Shown here: piece after piece, positions 54,643-64,000 of the stretch | Numbering within the stretch: position 1 is the first letter of the stretch | Layout: each line of letters opens with the position of its first letter | Source: an uncultured Chloroflexia bacterium | GTDB taxonomy: Bacteria > Chloroflexota > Limnocylindria > Limnocylindrales > CSP1-4 | NCBI GenBank assembly: GCA_963749705.1 | Contig: CAVVNQ010000004.1 | Span: 128,001 to 192,000 of the forward strand | DNA: 64,000 nucleotides | Direction: 5' to 3' | Notes under the pieces: generated by a model | What the model was told of the DNA's origin: nothing | Databases searched by the model: none | What the model saw: only the letters and a program-made list of their open reading frames with translations | Program-made: the position numbers and the translations under genes

Positions 54643-55575
54643 GTGACGACCCGATCGCCCGAGCCGGGTGCGTCCGGGGAGCGAGCGCCCGAGCCGCGAT
54701 CGCCCGGGGTGCGAGCGCCCGAGCCGCCCGCGGCTCGGCCCTCGGGCAGCGGTCTCGTGTTCGCGTGCATCGCGCCGCACGGCGACCTGGCGATCCCCGA
54801 CGCCTGCCCGCCCGGGACCCGGGACCTCGCATCCGCCACGCAGGCGGGCATGGCGGCGCTCGGGCGCCGGTTCGATGCCGCGGACCCGGACGTCGTCGTC
54901 GTGCTCACGCCGCACGGGATCCATGTCGATGGACACCTGGCCGTCGTGATCGCGGGGCGCACGTCCGGAACCCTGGACGAGGCACCGGCGATCTCGCTCG
55001 ACCTCCCCGTCGACCGCGGGCTCGCCATGGCACTGGTCCAGGAGATGGGCGCCGCCGGGATCCCGGCGGTCGGCGTGAGCTATGGCGGCAACGACCCGGC
55101 CGAGGCCGTCATGCCGCTCGACTGGGGCAGCCTCATCCCGCTGTGGTACCTCGGCGGCCGGCGAGACCCCCCGGTGCCCGTCGTGATCGTCGCCCCGGCG
55201 CGCGACCTCCCGATCGACGTCCACGTCGCCGCAGGGACCGCGATCGCCCGTGCCATCGCCGCCGACGGCCGCCGGGTCGCGCTGGTGGCGAGCGCGGACC
55301 AGGCCCACGCCCACCTCGCGGACGGTCCGTACGGCTTCGACCCGGCCGCACGCACGTTCGACGAGACCGTGGCGGCCATCCTCCGCGAGGGCCGCCTCGG
55401 CGCGTTGCGCGACCTCGACCCGGCCCTGATCGAAAGCGCAAAGCCGGACTCCTGGTGGCAGATGCTGATGCTGCTCGGCGCGATCGGCGAGACGTGGCGA
55501 CCGGAGCTGCTGTCGTACGAGGTCCCGACGTACTACGGGATGCTGTGCGCGGCGTTCGAGCCTCCCGGCGGCTGA
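54643..55575 (+). CDS. LigB/MEMO1-like class III extradiol dioxygenase fold protein
   Basis: ACIAPHG, VLTPHG, LDWG, ASADQAHAH and YEVPTYYGM. Confidence 0.75.
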   Translation: MTTRSPEPGASGERAPEPRSPGVRAPEPPAARPSGSGLVFACIAPHGDLAIPDACPPGTRDLASATQAGMAALGRRFDAADPDVVVVLTPHGIHVDGHLAVVIAGRTSGTLDEAPAISLDLPVDRGLAMALVQEMGAAGIPAVGVSYGGNDPAEAVMPLDWGSLIPLWYLGGRRDPPVPVVIVAPARDLPIDVHVAAGTAIARAIAADGRRVALVASADQAHAHLADGPYGFDPAARTFDETVAAILREGRLGALRDLDPALIESAKPDSWWQMLMLLGAIGETWRPELLSYEVPTYYGMLCAAFEPPGG

Positions 55576-55651
55576 CCACGTGCCCGGCGCGGCCGTCGCC
55601 GGGGTTCGGTCATCACCGGAGTACGGGTCCCTCACCGGGCCCCATCGATCG

Positions 55652-58183
55652 TCAGGCCACCCACAGCCTCCGGCCCCGCCCCAGCGTCCGGATCGCCTCC
55701 GCCGCGACCGCGGGCATGAACGCGACGATCGCGACCACCACCCACTCGACGGCGTCGAGCGGCGTCGCCCGGAACGCCTCCGCGAGCACCGGGACGTACG
55801 GGATCAGCACCTGGATGGCGAAGGCGGCAAGGCAGGCACCAAGCAGGAGGCCGTTGCGCCCGAGCCGATGGATCGGCTCGTGGACGCTCCGGTTCCAGTA
55901 GGCGCGGACGCACTGGCCGACCACGAGGACCGTGTAGGCGAGCCACGCGGCATGCTCGAAGGTCCCGCCGCGCGCGAGCATGACGACGAGTGCGGCGATC
56001 GCGGTGAACGCGCCGGCGAGCGCAACGCCGCCCAGGATCCCGTTGGTGAGCAGCGGCGCAGTCGCAGATCGTGGGGCGCGGGTCATGACCTCGGGCTCCG
56101 GCGGCTCGCGCTCGAAGGCGATCGAGGTGGACAGGTCGATGAACAGCTCCATCCACAGGATCTGGAGGGGGAGGAGCACCTGGCTCTGGGTCACGAAGAT
56201 CGTCGAGATGAAGATGAAGCCGAGGAACGCCATATGCGTCGACAGCAGGAACACGAGTCCCTTCTGGACGTTGTCGACGATGCGCCGGCCCTCGGCGAGC
56301 CCGTACATCAGGGTCGCGAACGAGTCGTCGCCCAGGACGAGGTCGGACGCCTCCCGCGCGACCGCGGTGCCGCTGCCCATGGCCACGGCCACGTCCGCGC
56401 CGTGGAGGGCCGGCGCGTCGTTCACCCCGTCGCCGGTCACGGCCACGATCCGCCGGTCGGTGCGCGCCGCCGCGACCAGGCGGCGCTTCTGCTCGGGGGT
56501 CGAGCGCGCGACGACATGGAGGTCCGGAAGCTCGGCCGCGAGCCGCGCGTCATCCCAGGTCGCGAGCTCCTCGCCGGTGACGATGCGCTCGCCGCGCAGC
56601 CCCGCCTCGGCGGCGATCGTCGCGGCCGTCCCCGGATGGTCCCCGGTGACGACCAGGACCTGGATGCCGGCCGCGGCGGCGACCGACATCGCGTCGGCGA
56701 TCCCCGGCCGGATGGGATCCGCGAAGCCGACCAGCGCCCGCATCTCCCACGGACCGTCGTCGATCCGCCGGGCGAGGCCGACCAGGCGCTCGCCGGCGGC
56801 CGCCGACACCTCGATCAGGTCCGCCCAGCGGTCTCGCTCACCCGGGCCGCCGGCGGGCGACTCGACGTAGCCGAGCACGACCTCCGGGGCGCCCAGGGCA
56901 AGCCCCTCGACGTGGCCGTCGCGGCGGGCGTCGGTGCGCGTCACGGGGTGCGCGTCGGAGGCCGGGGTCGCGTCGACGAGATCGGCCGCGTCCAGCCGGG
57001 TGACGCCGCCCGCCTCGGTGACCGCGGTCCGCAGCGCGCGGGTGAACGACGCCGGCGCGATGTCCTCGCTCGGCCACGCGTCCTCCTCCGCCCGCAACGC
57101 CTGCTCGAGGAGCTCGCGGCGCTCGACGGGGTCGTCGACGGACCCCGCAGGCGTCCGGACTGACGACACCGCGAGGCGGTTCTGCGTGATCGTCCCGGTC
57201 TTGTCGGTGACGATGAGGTCGACCGCGCCCAGCGTCTCCTCGGCGTTGAGCCGCCGGACGAGGACGCCACGCCGCAGCAGCCGGTACGCCCCCAGACCGA
57301 GGATCACCGCCAGCAGGACCGGCGGCTCCTCGGGGATCGCCGCGATGGCGGCGGAGACGCCGGCGAGGATGTTCTCGCCCAGCGCGTGGCCGCGGACGAA
57401 GCCGATCCCGGTCGTGAACGCGATCAGTGCGAGCGCGACGACGAGCAGGATCCGGACGAGCCGATCGAGCTCGCGCTGGAGCGGCGAGCGGCGGCGCTCC
57501 TCGGACGCGAGGCTGCCCGCGATCCGCCCGAACTCGGTCGCCGCGCCGATCGCGACGACGATGCCCTCGCCCCGGCCGCCGACCACGCTCGTCCCCGAGT
57601 AGGCGATCGAGCGCCGGCTCGCGAGCGGCGCGTCGGCCGGGTCGGCTTCGACGCGCGCCTCCTCGGGGATCGACTCGCCCGTCAGGACGCTCCGATCGAG
57701 GAGCAGCCGCTCGGCCCGGTTGACCCGGAGATCGGCGGGCACGACGTCGCCGGCCTGGAGCAGGACCACGTCACCCGGGACGAGCGTGGTCGCGGCCACC
57801 AGCGCGACCGCGCCGTCGCGACGGACGCGGGCGACGGGGGCCGATGCGTCGCGCAACGCCTCGAGCGCCCGTTCACCGCGGTACTCGGTGACGACGTCCG
57901 CGCCCACGATCGGCAGGAGCGCGACCAGGATCAGGACGCCGTCACGCACCTCGCCGACGGCGATCGCGAGCACGCCCGCGATGATCAGCATGATGATGAA
58001 CGGCTCGGTGAGCGCTTCGACGACCATCCGCCACACGGGCCGGCGGCTGGTCTCCTCGAGCGCGTTGGGACCTGCCTCCACGCCCCGCCGACGCGCCTCG
58101 TCCGCGTCCAGGCCGCGTGCCGGGTCGACCCCGAGCTCACTCGCGACGGCGGCCGCCGCCATCGCGTGCTGCTCCTGAATCAC
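55652..58183 (-). CDS. P-type cation-transporting ATPase (P2-like)
   Basis: [18 protein letters not shown] and [13 protein letters not shown] at 58183 overlaps the acr3 stop codon. Confidence 0.9.
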   Translation of the reverse strand: MIQEQHAMAAAAVASELGVDPARGLDADEARRRGVEAGPNALEETSRRPVWRMVVEALTEPFIIMLIIAGVLAIAVGEVRDGVLILVALLPIVGADVVTEYRGERALEALRDASAPVARVRRDGAVALVAATTLVPGDVVLLQAGDVVPADLRVNRAERLLLDRSVLTGESIPEEARVEADPADAPLASRRSIAYSGTSVVGGRGEGIVVAIGAATEFGRIAGSLASEERRRSPLQRELDRLVRILLVVALALIAFTTGIGFVRGHALGENILAGVSAAIAAIPEEPPVLLAVILGLGAYRLLRRGVLVRRLNAEETLGAVDLIVTDKTGTITQNRLAVSSVRTPAGSVDDPVERRELLEQALRAEEDAWPSEDIAPASFTRALRTAVTEAGGVTRLDAADLVDATPASDAHPVTRTDARRDGHVEGLALGAPEVVLGYVESPAGGPGERDRWADLIEVSAAAGERLVGLARRIDDGPWEMRALVGFADPIRPGIADAMSVAAAAGIQVLVVTGDHPGTAATIAAEAGLRGERIVTGEELATWDDARLAAELPDLHVVARSTPEQKRRLVAAARTDRRIVAVTGDGVNDAPALHGADVAVAMGSGTAVAREASDLVLGDDSFATLMYGLAEGRRIVDNVQKGLVFLLSTHMAFLGFIFISTIFVTQSQVLLPLQILWMELFIDLSTSIAFEREPPEPEVMTRAPRSATAPLLTNGILGGVALAGAFTAIAALVVMLARGGTFEHAAWLAYTVLVVGQCVRAYWNRSVHEPIHRLGRNGLLLGACLAAFAIQVLIPYVPVLAEAFRATPLDAVEWVVVAIVAFMPAVAAEAIRTLGRGRRLWVA

Positions 58184-59310
58184 GGCGTCGCGGCCTCCCG
58201 GGAGCCGGCAACGCCGGTGGCGGCGTCGTCCGGGTAGTAGCGGCGGCCGAGCCACAGGGCCACGTTGACGAGCGAGATGAGCACGGGCACCTCGACCAGG
58301 GGACCGATGACCGCCGCGAACGCCGCACCACTCCCGATGCCGAAGGTGGCGACCGCCACCGCGATCGCAAGCTCGAAGTTGTTGGACGCGGCCGTGAACG
58401 ACAGCGCGGTCGTCTGGCCGTACGTCGCCCCGCTGCGCAGGCTCATGTAGAAGGTGATGAAGAACATCACCACGAAGTAGATGAGCAGCGGGACCGCGAT
58501 CCGCACCACGTCGAACGGCAGCGCCACGATGTTCTCGCCCTTGAGCGAGAACATCACGATGATCGTGAACAGCAGCGCGACGAGCGTGATCGGGCTGATC
58601 CGCGGCACGAACGTGCCCTCGTACCACGCTCGTCCCCTGGCCCGGATCAGCGTGTACCGCGTGATGATCCCGGCGAGGAACGGGATGCCCAGGTAGATGA
58701 ACACGCTCTGGGCGATCTGGCCGATCGTGATGTCGACGGCGATCCCCTGGAGGCCGATCCAGGTCGGCAGGACCGTGATGAACAGGTAGGCGAACACCGA
58801 GTAGAACAGGACCTGGAAGATCGAGTTGAGCGCGACCAGGGCCGCGACGTACTCCGGGTCGCCGCGGGCCAGGTCGTTCCACACGATGACCATGGCGATG
58901 CACCGGGCGAGGCCGATCATGATCAGGCCCACCATGTACTCCGGCTGGTCGCGCAGGAAGATGACCGCGAGCGCGAACATCAGCAGCGGGCCGATGATCC
59001 AGTTCTGGACGAGGGACAGGGCGAGCACCTTCACGTTCCGGAACACGCGCCCGATCTCCTCGTAGCGGACCTTCGCCAACGGCGGGTACATCATCAGGAT
59101 CAGCCCGATGGCGATCGGGATCGAGGTCGTGCCAACGCTCAGGCGATCGAGGAACGGGACGATGTCGGGCGCCAGGGTCCCGAGACCGACGCCGACCGCC
59201 ATGGCCAGGAAGATCCACACCGTGAGATAGCGATCGAGCAGCTTCAGCCGGCGCGCAGGCGCGGGCGCGATCGTCGCGGCGGCGGAGAACGACGGGGTCG
59301 GGCTGCTCAA
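58180..59310 (-). CDS. acr3: Acr3-family arsenite efflux transporter
   Basis: [50 protein letters not shown] and GPLVEVPVL. Confidence 0.95.
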   Translation of the reverse strand: MSSPTPSFSAAATIAPAPARRLKLLDRYLTVWIFLAMAVGVGLGTLAPDIVPFLDRLSVGTTSIPIAIGLILMMYPPLAKVRYEEIGRVFRNVKVLALSLVQNWIIGPLLMFALAVIFLRDQPEYMVGLIMIGLARCIAMVIVWNDLARGDPEYVAALVALNSIFQVLFYSVFAYLFITVLPTWIGLQGIAVDITIGQIAQSVFIYLGIPFLAGIITRYTLIRARGRAWYEGTFVPRISPITLVALLFTIIVMFSLKGENIVALPFDVVRIAVPLLIYFVVMFFITFYMSLRSGATYGQTTALSFTAASNNFELAIAVAVATFGIGSGAAFAAVIGPLVEVPVLISLVNVALWLGRRYYPDDAATGVAGSREAATP

Positions 59311-59331
59311 CGGAGTCCCTCGTGGCCGGAC

Positions 59332-59354
59332 GCGTCAGGAGCTGATCCTGATGC
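59332..59354. promoter_or_regulatory. Imperfect inverted repeat upstream of acr3 (possible operator)
   Basis: gcgtcagga-gctga-tcctgatgc, next to a TAGCAT -10-like hexamer on the minus strand. Confidence 0.35.
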
Positions 59355-59379
59355 TACCGGCAGTGCAAGCCTCGGGGTG

Positions 59380-60549
59380 TCACGAGCCTGCGAGCAGCTC
59401 CCGGATCACGGCCTCGGCGGTGTCGTAGCCGCCCTCGCCGGCGCTGTAGTAGCGGACCACGCCCTCGCGATCGACGAAGTAGAACGCCGGCCAGTAGTGG
59501 TTGTCGTAGGTGCGCCAGGTGGCGAACTCGGGGTCGAACGCGACCGGAAACGTGACCCCATCGTCGGCCACGGCCTGCCGCACGTTGGCAAGGTCCCGCT
59601 CGAACGAGAGCTCCGGCGTGTGCACGCCGACCACGACCAGCCCGTCCGGGGCGTACCTGTCGTACCACGCCTTGACGTACGGCTGGACGTGGATGCAGTT
59701 GATGCACGCAAAGGTCCAGAAGTGGACGAGCACGACCTTGCCGCGCAGCGACGCCATCGTGAGCGGTGCGCTGTTGATCCAGCTGGTGATGCCCGTGAAC
59801 TCCGGCGCGGGACCCAGGTCCTGGAGCGGGACGACGAGGTCAACGGGCGCGTCGCTCGCCCCTGCCGCCGTGGCCTGCGACGGCTGCGCGGCGAACGCCG
59901 ACTGGAGCCGCAGGTCGAGGCCGCTGGCAACGAGCAGGCCGGCCGCGAGCATCACCACGCCATAGCCCTGGCGCAACCGCAGACCACGGACGACGCCACC
60001 GAGGCGTGCGGCGACGGCGCGGCCGCCAAGGGCGATCGCGGCGAGCGGGACCGCGGCCCCGGCCACGTAGGCGATGGCGATCGTCACGGTATCGATCCCC
60101 GGTCCGTCGACCACGGCCGCGGCGATCACGGTCGCCATCACCGGGCCCACGCACGGCGCCCACAGCAACCCGATCCCGGCGCCCAGCGTCAGGCCGGCCG
60201 CCAGATCCCCGCGCGGGCCCAGCGCCTTGGGCCGCTCCGTGGATCGCGGCGCGTGGCGCGTGAGCCAGTCACCCGCCCGCGGCCAGGCAAGGAGCACGCC
60301 GGCGGCCACGAATACGGCCGCGGCGGCGAGTCGCAATGGCTGGGTGGTCAGCCCGGCCGCAGCGAGGACGCCCGCGATCAGGACGGTCGTGAGCAGGAAC
60401 GTGCCGGCGAACCCCGCGACCACCCCGGCCACGCGCGCAGAACGTCCCGTGCCCGCCGCGCCGACCACGAGCGGGAGGATCGGCAGCGAGCACGGCCCGA
60501 GGATCGTGAGGACGCCAGCCAGGAAGGCGACGGCGAGCAGGCCGGGCAA
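59380..60549 (-). CDS. DipZ-like CcdA + thioredoxin fusion
   Basis: GPCSLPILP and WAPCVGP TM cysteines; FWTFACINC, GVHTPE and NHYWPA. Confidence 0.88.
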   Translation of the reverse strand: MPGLLAVAFLAGVLTILGPCSLPILPLVVGAAGTGRSARVAGVVAGFAGTFLLTTVLIAGVLAAAGLTTQPLRLAAAAVFVAAGVLLAWPRAGDWLTRHAPRSTERPKALGPRGDLAAGLTLGAGIGLLWAPCVGPVMATVIAAAVVDGPGIDTVTIAIAYVAGAAVPLAAIALGGRAVAARLGGVVRGLRLRQGYGVVMLAAGLLVASGLDLRLQSAFAAQPSQATAAGASDAPVDLVVPLQDLGPAPEFTGITSWINSAPLTMASLRGKVVLVHFWTFACINCIHVQPYVKAWYDRYAPDGLVVVGVHTPELSFERDLANVRQAVADDGVTFPVAFDPEFATWRTYDNHYWPAFYFVDREGVVRYYSAGEGGYDTAEAVIRELLAGS

Positions 60550-60694
60550 TTCAGGCCGCCGCCGACGCGGAACTGGGCGCCGTCAAGGTGATCAGCGTGG
60601 CACCGCGCCTCGGAATCGTCGCCATCTGGCAACCCTAGCCGCGGTGCGTGACGGTCCGATGACGGCCGGGACGCGTTCCCGACGAGCCACGATC

Positions 60695-60982
60695 TCAGAC
60701 GGCGGGTTCGTTCCCGTCCCGGCCGCGACCGAGCTCACCCCGAGCGGCCGCCGCACCGTGGATGGTCGACCATGCGCCGACGGCCTCCGCGAGCGCCGTG
60801 GACGAGGGCCGCACCGCCAGCCGGTCGTCCGCGCCGCGGATCCCGGCCCCGAGCTCGACGAGACGGCCGCGGTAGGCGGGCCTGTGACCGGCCGACCGGG
60901 TCGCGGTCGGATAGACGTCGAAATAGCCGTCGCTGCTGACGACGATGTCCGCCTCGGGCGGCGCGAAGGGTGTGCGAGCCAT
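60695..60982 (-). CDS. Hypothetical protein
   Basis: 95-aa ORF (MARTPFAPPEADIVVSSDGYFDVYP..) fills the gap between dipZ-like and liaF-like genes. No motif recognised. Confidence 0.35.
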   Translation of the reverse strand: MARTPFAPPEADIVVSSDGYFDVYPTATRSAGHRPAYRGRLVELGAGIRGADDRLAVRPSSTALAEAVGAWSTIHGAAAARGELGRGRDGNEPAV

Positions 60983-61225
60983 GGGAGTTCCGATCTGGCC
61001 GCGCGCTTCGGACTGACGGAATCGCGTCCGGCGCCTGCGACATGCGCCCCTACCATCGAACGAACGTGCGATTTCGTCAAATGGCCCCGGTTCGGTGGCG
61101 GCATCCGCCCATCGATCGCGGCACCCGCGGCCCGGTTCGATCGTGACAAGATCAATCCCACACCGGGTTGCCCTTCGGCCGGCCATTCATGATGACGCCG
61201 GCGCCTGGTGCCTGGAGGCTTGTCG

Positions 61226-61999
61226 ATGTCGAACGGCGGTCGTGGCGGGGTCGACCCCGCGCTCATCGGCGGGGTGATCCTGCTCGTGATCGGCGTCCTG
61301 TTCCTGCTCCAGAACACGGGCGTGCTGAGCTTCGACTGGGCGGTCACCTGGCCGATCCTCCTGATCGCGGTGGGGCTGGTCGTGCTCGCGGGCGCGCTCG
61401 GCGCCAGCCGCCAGCGCGGCACCGGCGTGTCGTCGCTTGCGATCCCGTCCGATGGCGCGAGCCGCCTCGAGCTGTCGCTGCGCCTGGGCGCCGGCCGATA
61501 CCGGCTGGCCGGCGGCGCCAGCCAGCTGGTCGAGGTGGAGGCCACCGACCCGATGATCGAGAGCCGCGTGGAACGCCTGGGGGATGTCCAGCGCGTTCGC
61601 CTGTCCCCGTCGACATCCTGGTGGGGCTGGAGCTGGCGGACCGGGATGGAATGGCGGATCGCGGTCGCCGGGGATACGCCGACGGTGCTCGATCTCCAGG
61701 GTGGTGCCGGCGACTTTGCGTTCGACCTGTCGGGGATCGATGTCACATCGGCGACCGTATCGATCGGTGCCGCCGAGCTGCGCCTCGTGCTGCCCAGGCC
61801 GCGGGGCGAGGTCCCGATCCGGGTCGAGGGCGGCGCGGCGAGCCTCAGCTTCCAGGTGCCGCCGGGCGTCGAGGCACGGGTGACGTCCAAGGGGCTGGTC
61901 TCCACCAGCGGGCGCCAGGAGACGCCCGGCTACGCATCGGCGAGGGACCGCGTGACGGTGACGGTCACCGGCGGGGCGGCCTCCGTGCGCATCATCTGA
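61226..61999 (+). CDS. LiaF-like membrane protein (DUF5668 TM + toast-rack-like domain)
   Basis: GVILLVIGVLFLLQN..WPILLIAVG, repeated GAG/GAA beta motifs, GGAGG RBS. Confidence 0.75.
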   Translation: MSNGGRGGVDPALIGGVILLVIGVLFLLQNTGVLSFDWAVTWPILLIAVGLVVLAGALGASRQRGTGVSSLAIPSDGASRLELSLRLGAGRYRLAGGASQLVEVEATDPMIESRVERLGDVQRVRLSPSTSWWGWSWRTGMEWRIAVAGDTPTVLDLQGGAGDFAFDLSGIDVTSATVSIGAAELRLVLPRPRGEVPIRVEGGAASLSFQVPPGVEARVTSKGLVSTSGRQETPGYASARDRVTVTVTGGAASVRII

Positions 62000-62092
62000 G
62001 CCACGAGGCGACCGTCGGCGGGGGGCGCGGGGGGCGCTGGCCGCCCTCGCGTCAGGGCTGCACCGGCCGCCTGGGCCGCCGGGTCCACGGCC

Positions 62093-62875
62093 TCAGGCCG
62101 CGTCTCCGGCTCGAAGCGCCTCCCGAACCTCCGTCACGAGCCGGAAGTAGCGGTCCGTCGCGCGGGTCCGGTCCGACCGCGGCCGTGGCAGGTCGACCTC
62201 GACCACCTGCGTGATCCGCCCCGGTCGCGGGCTCATGACCGCGATCCGCGACGACAGGTAGACCGCCTCGGGCACGGAATGGGTCACGAACACGATCGTG
62301 GTCCCGGTCAGCGCCCAGATCCTGAGCAGCTCGTCGTTCATCCGCTCGCGGGTCATCTCGTCCAGGGCACCGAACGGCTCGTCCATGAGCAGGATCGGCG
62401 GCTGGAAGGACAGCGCCCGGGCGATCGAGACGCGCTGCTGCATGCCCCCCGACAGCTGCGACGGCCGGTGCCCGCCGAACGCCCCGAGCTCGACCAGATC
62501 CAGCATCTCGCGGGCCCGCGCGGCGCGCGAGCGGGCGGCCATGCCGAGGATCTCGAGCGGCAGCGCGATGTTGTCCTCGACCGTCCGCCACTCGAACAGG
62601 ACGGGCGCCTGGAACACCATGCCGTAGTCGTGGTCCAGGCGCGCGCCGGCCGGTGGCTTGCCATTGACGACAACCTCGCCCGCGTCCGGCTCGACGAGAT
62701 CGCCGACGACCCGCAGGAGCGTTGACTTGCCACACCCCGACGGGCCGATGAGCGACACGAGCTCGCCCTGGGCGACGTCGAGGTCGATCCCGTCGAGCGC
62801 CAGGGTCCCGCCGTCCGGACCCCCGGCAAACGCCTTGCGGACGCCGCGGATCCGGACGATCGGCCGGGGCTCCAC
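62093..62875 (-). CDS. ABC ATP-binding protein, NitT/TauB family
   Basis: [31 protein letters not shown] and SPRPGRI. Confidence 0.9.
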   Translation of the reverse strand: MEPRPIVRIRGVRKAFAGGPDGGTLALDGIDLDVAQGELVSLIGPSGCGKSTLLRVVGDLVEPDAGEVVVNGKPPAGARLDHDYGMVFQAPVLFEWRTVEDNIALPLEILGMAARSRAARAREMLDLVELGAFGGHRPSQLSGGMQQRVSIARALSFQPPILLMDEPFGALDEMTRERMNDELLRIWALTGTTIVFVTHSVPEAVYLSSRIAVMSPRPGRITQVVEVDLPRPRSDRTRATDRYFRLVTEVREALRAGDAA

Positions 62876-62892
62876 GACCCCCGCCGGGAGTG

Positions 62893-63999
62893 CTATCCGG
62901 TCACCGCCTCGTCGGCGATGTCCAGGGCACGATCGATGACCTCGAAGCCCTCCGCCAGCTGCTCCTCGGTGATGCACAGCGGCGGGTTGGTATGGATCGA
63001 GTTGTTGGCCATCATCGTGTACAGGCCGTTGGCGCGGAAGAACTTGCCGATCGCCTTCATCTCGTCGCTGGTCCCGTTGAACGGGGTCAGCGGGGTCCAC
63101 GGGTCGCGCGAGCGGACCAGGTCGATGATCCCGAACAGCCCGATGCTGCGGTGCGCGCCGACCGACGGGTGCTTGGCCGCGAGCGCCTCGTGGTGGGCGC
63201 GCATGACCGGACCAAGGCGGGCGGCATTGCCGATCAGGTCGTCCTCCTCGTACACGCCGATCGTGGCCAGCGCGGCGGCGAGGCTGATCGGGTGGCTGCT
63301 GTAGGTGAGGCCGCCGAAGAACATCTTCGAGTCCATCGCCTCGGAGATGAAGTCACGCATCGCGACGGCGCCGAGCGGCAGGTAGCTCGAGGTGAGGCCC
63401 TTGGCCATCGTCATCAGGTCGGGCACGACGTCCCAGTTGTCGACCGCGAACCAGCGGCCGGTGCGCCCGAAGCCCGCCATGACCTCGTCGGCGACCATCA
63501 GGATGCCGTACTTGTCGCACAGCTCGCGGACGCCCTTGAGGTACCCGTCGGGCGGGATGAGGATGCCGTTGGTGCCCACGACCGTCTCGAGGAACACCGC
63601 CGCGATCGTCTGCGGACCCTCGTACTTGATCACGTCCTCGAGGCCGTTGAGCGCCTCCTCGGCCGAACGCGGCTCCGGCTCCCCCCAGCGGTGGGTGTCG
63701 GGGTAACGGACGACGCCGACCAGCCCCGGCTCGTTGGCCCAGCGGCGGTAGTCGCCGGTGAGCGTCATCGCGCCGAAGGTCGCCCCGTGGTAAGAGCGGT
63801 ACCGGGCGAGCAGCTTGTAGCGGCCGGTGTAGTGGCGGGCCAGCTTGATCGCGTTCTCGATCGCCTCCGCGCCACCGAGCGTGAAGAACACCTTGTTCAT
63901 GTCGCCCGGCAGGATCTCGGCCATCTTCGCGCCCAGCCGGGCGCGGACCTCGGTCGCGAACGCCGGCTGGACGAACTGGAGCTTCGTCGCCTGCTCGGT
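62893..63999 (-). CDS. Class III PLP aminotransferase, 5'-truncated by window edge
   Basis: SYHGAT, DEVMAGFGRTG and PDLMTMAKGLTS. Frame is open to the window end. Confidence 0.92.
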   Translation of the reverse strand, partial: TEQATKLQFVQPAFATEVRARLGAKMAEILPGDMNKVFFTLGGAEAIENAIKLARHYTGRYKLLARYRSYHGATFGAMTLTGDYRRWANEPGLVGVVRYPDTHRWGEPEPRSAEEALNGLEDVIKYEGPQTIAAVFLETVVGTNGILIPPDGYLKGVRELCDKYGILMVADEVMAGFGRTGRWFAVDNWDVVPDLMTMAKGLTSSYLPLGAVAMRDFISEAMDSKMFFGGLTYSSHPISLAAALATIGVYEEDDLIGNAARLGPVMRAHHEALAAKHPSVGAHRSIGLFGIIDLVRSRDPWTPLTPFNGTSDEMKAIGKFFRANGLYTMMANNSIHTNPPLCITEEQLAEGFEVIDRALDIADEAVTG

Positions 64000-64000
64000 G

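Noticed and set aside
55652-59218. 1188-aa ORF suggesting a long N-terminal extension or Acr3-ATPase fusion
   Set aside because: The first ~345 codons are an alternative frame over acr3. The ATPase starts at the GTGA overlap (58183).

Overview
Very GC-rich bacterial chromosomal segment (roughly 70%+ GC by eye). Gene style suggests Chloroflexota or a similar lineage; this is inference only. I saw no tRNA/rRNA, integrase, transposase or CRISPR array. In order, the window holds: (1) the 3' end of a bacterial microcompartment (BMC) operon (acylating aldehyde dehydrogenase, PduT-like BMC-T, two EutN/CcmL pentamers) coupled to a Nudix hydrolase and an S9 peptidase; (2) C45 and S9 peptidases, an ATP-dependent DNA-ligase-like gene with apparently lost catalytic residues and an N-terminal clamp-binding-like motif, and an ABC-2 exporter; (3) a ~26 kb phosphate/polyphosphate neighbourhood (ppk1, CYTH-CHAD, a Ppx/GppA carrying a long basic-plus-acidic disordered N-terminal arm, pstSCAB-phoU-sixA with a frameshift in pstA, GDPD, EEP phosphatase, PhoR-like kinase, Pit + DUF47, PhoB/RegX3-like regulator) interleaved with proS and other genes; (4) gltX, an IR-bounded palindromic tandem-repeat element, a DtxR-like regulator with a degenerate metal site, a frameshifted J-domain membrane protein, asparaginase II and upp; (5) ECF sigma/anti-sigma genes, a small secreted repeat protein, a LuxR-AAA regulator and a YciI-ECF pair; (6) a P-type ATPase, acr3, dipZ-like and LiaF-like genes, an ABC ATPase and a class III aminotransferase. 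The best novelty candidates are the clamp-motif pseudo-ligase and the polyampholyte-armed exopolyphosphatase in the polyP locus. All assignments come from motif recognition by eye, without database searches.
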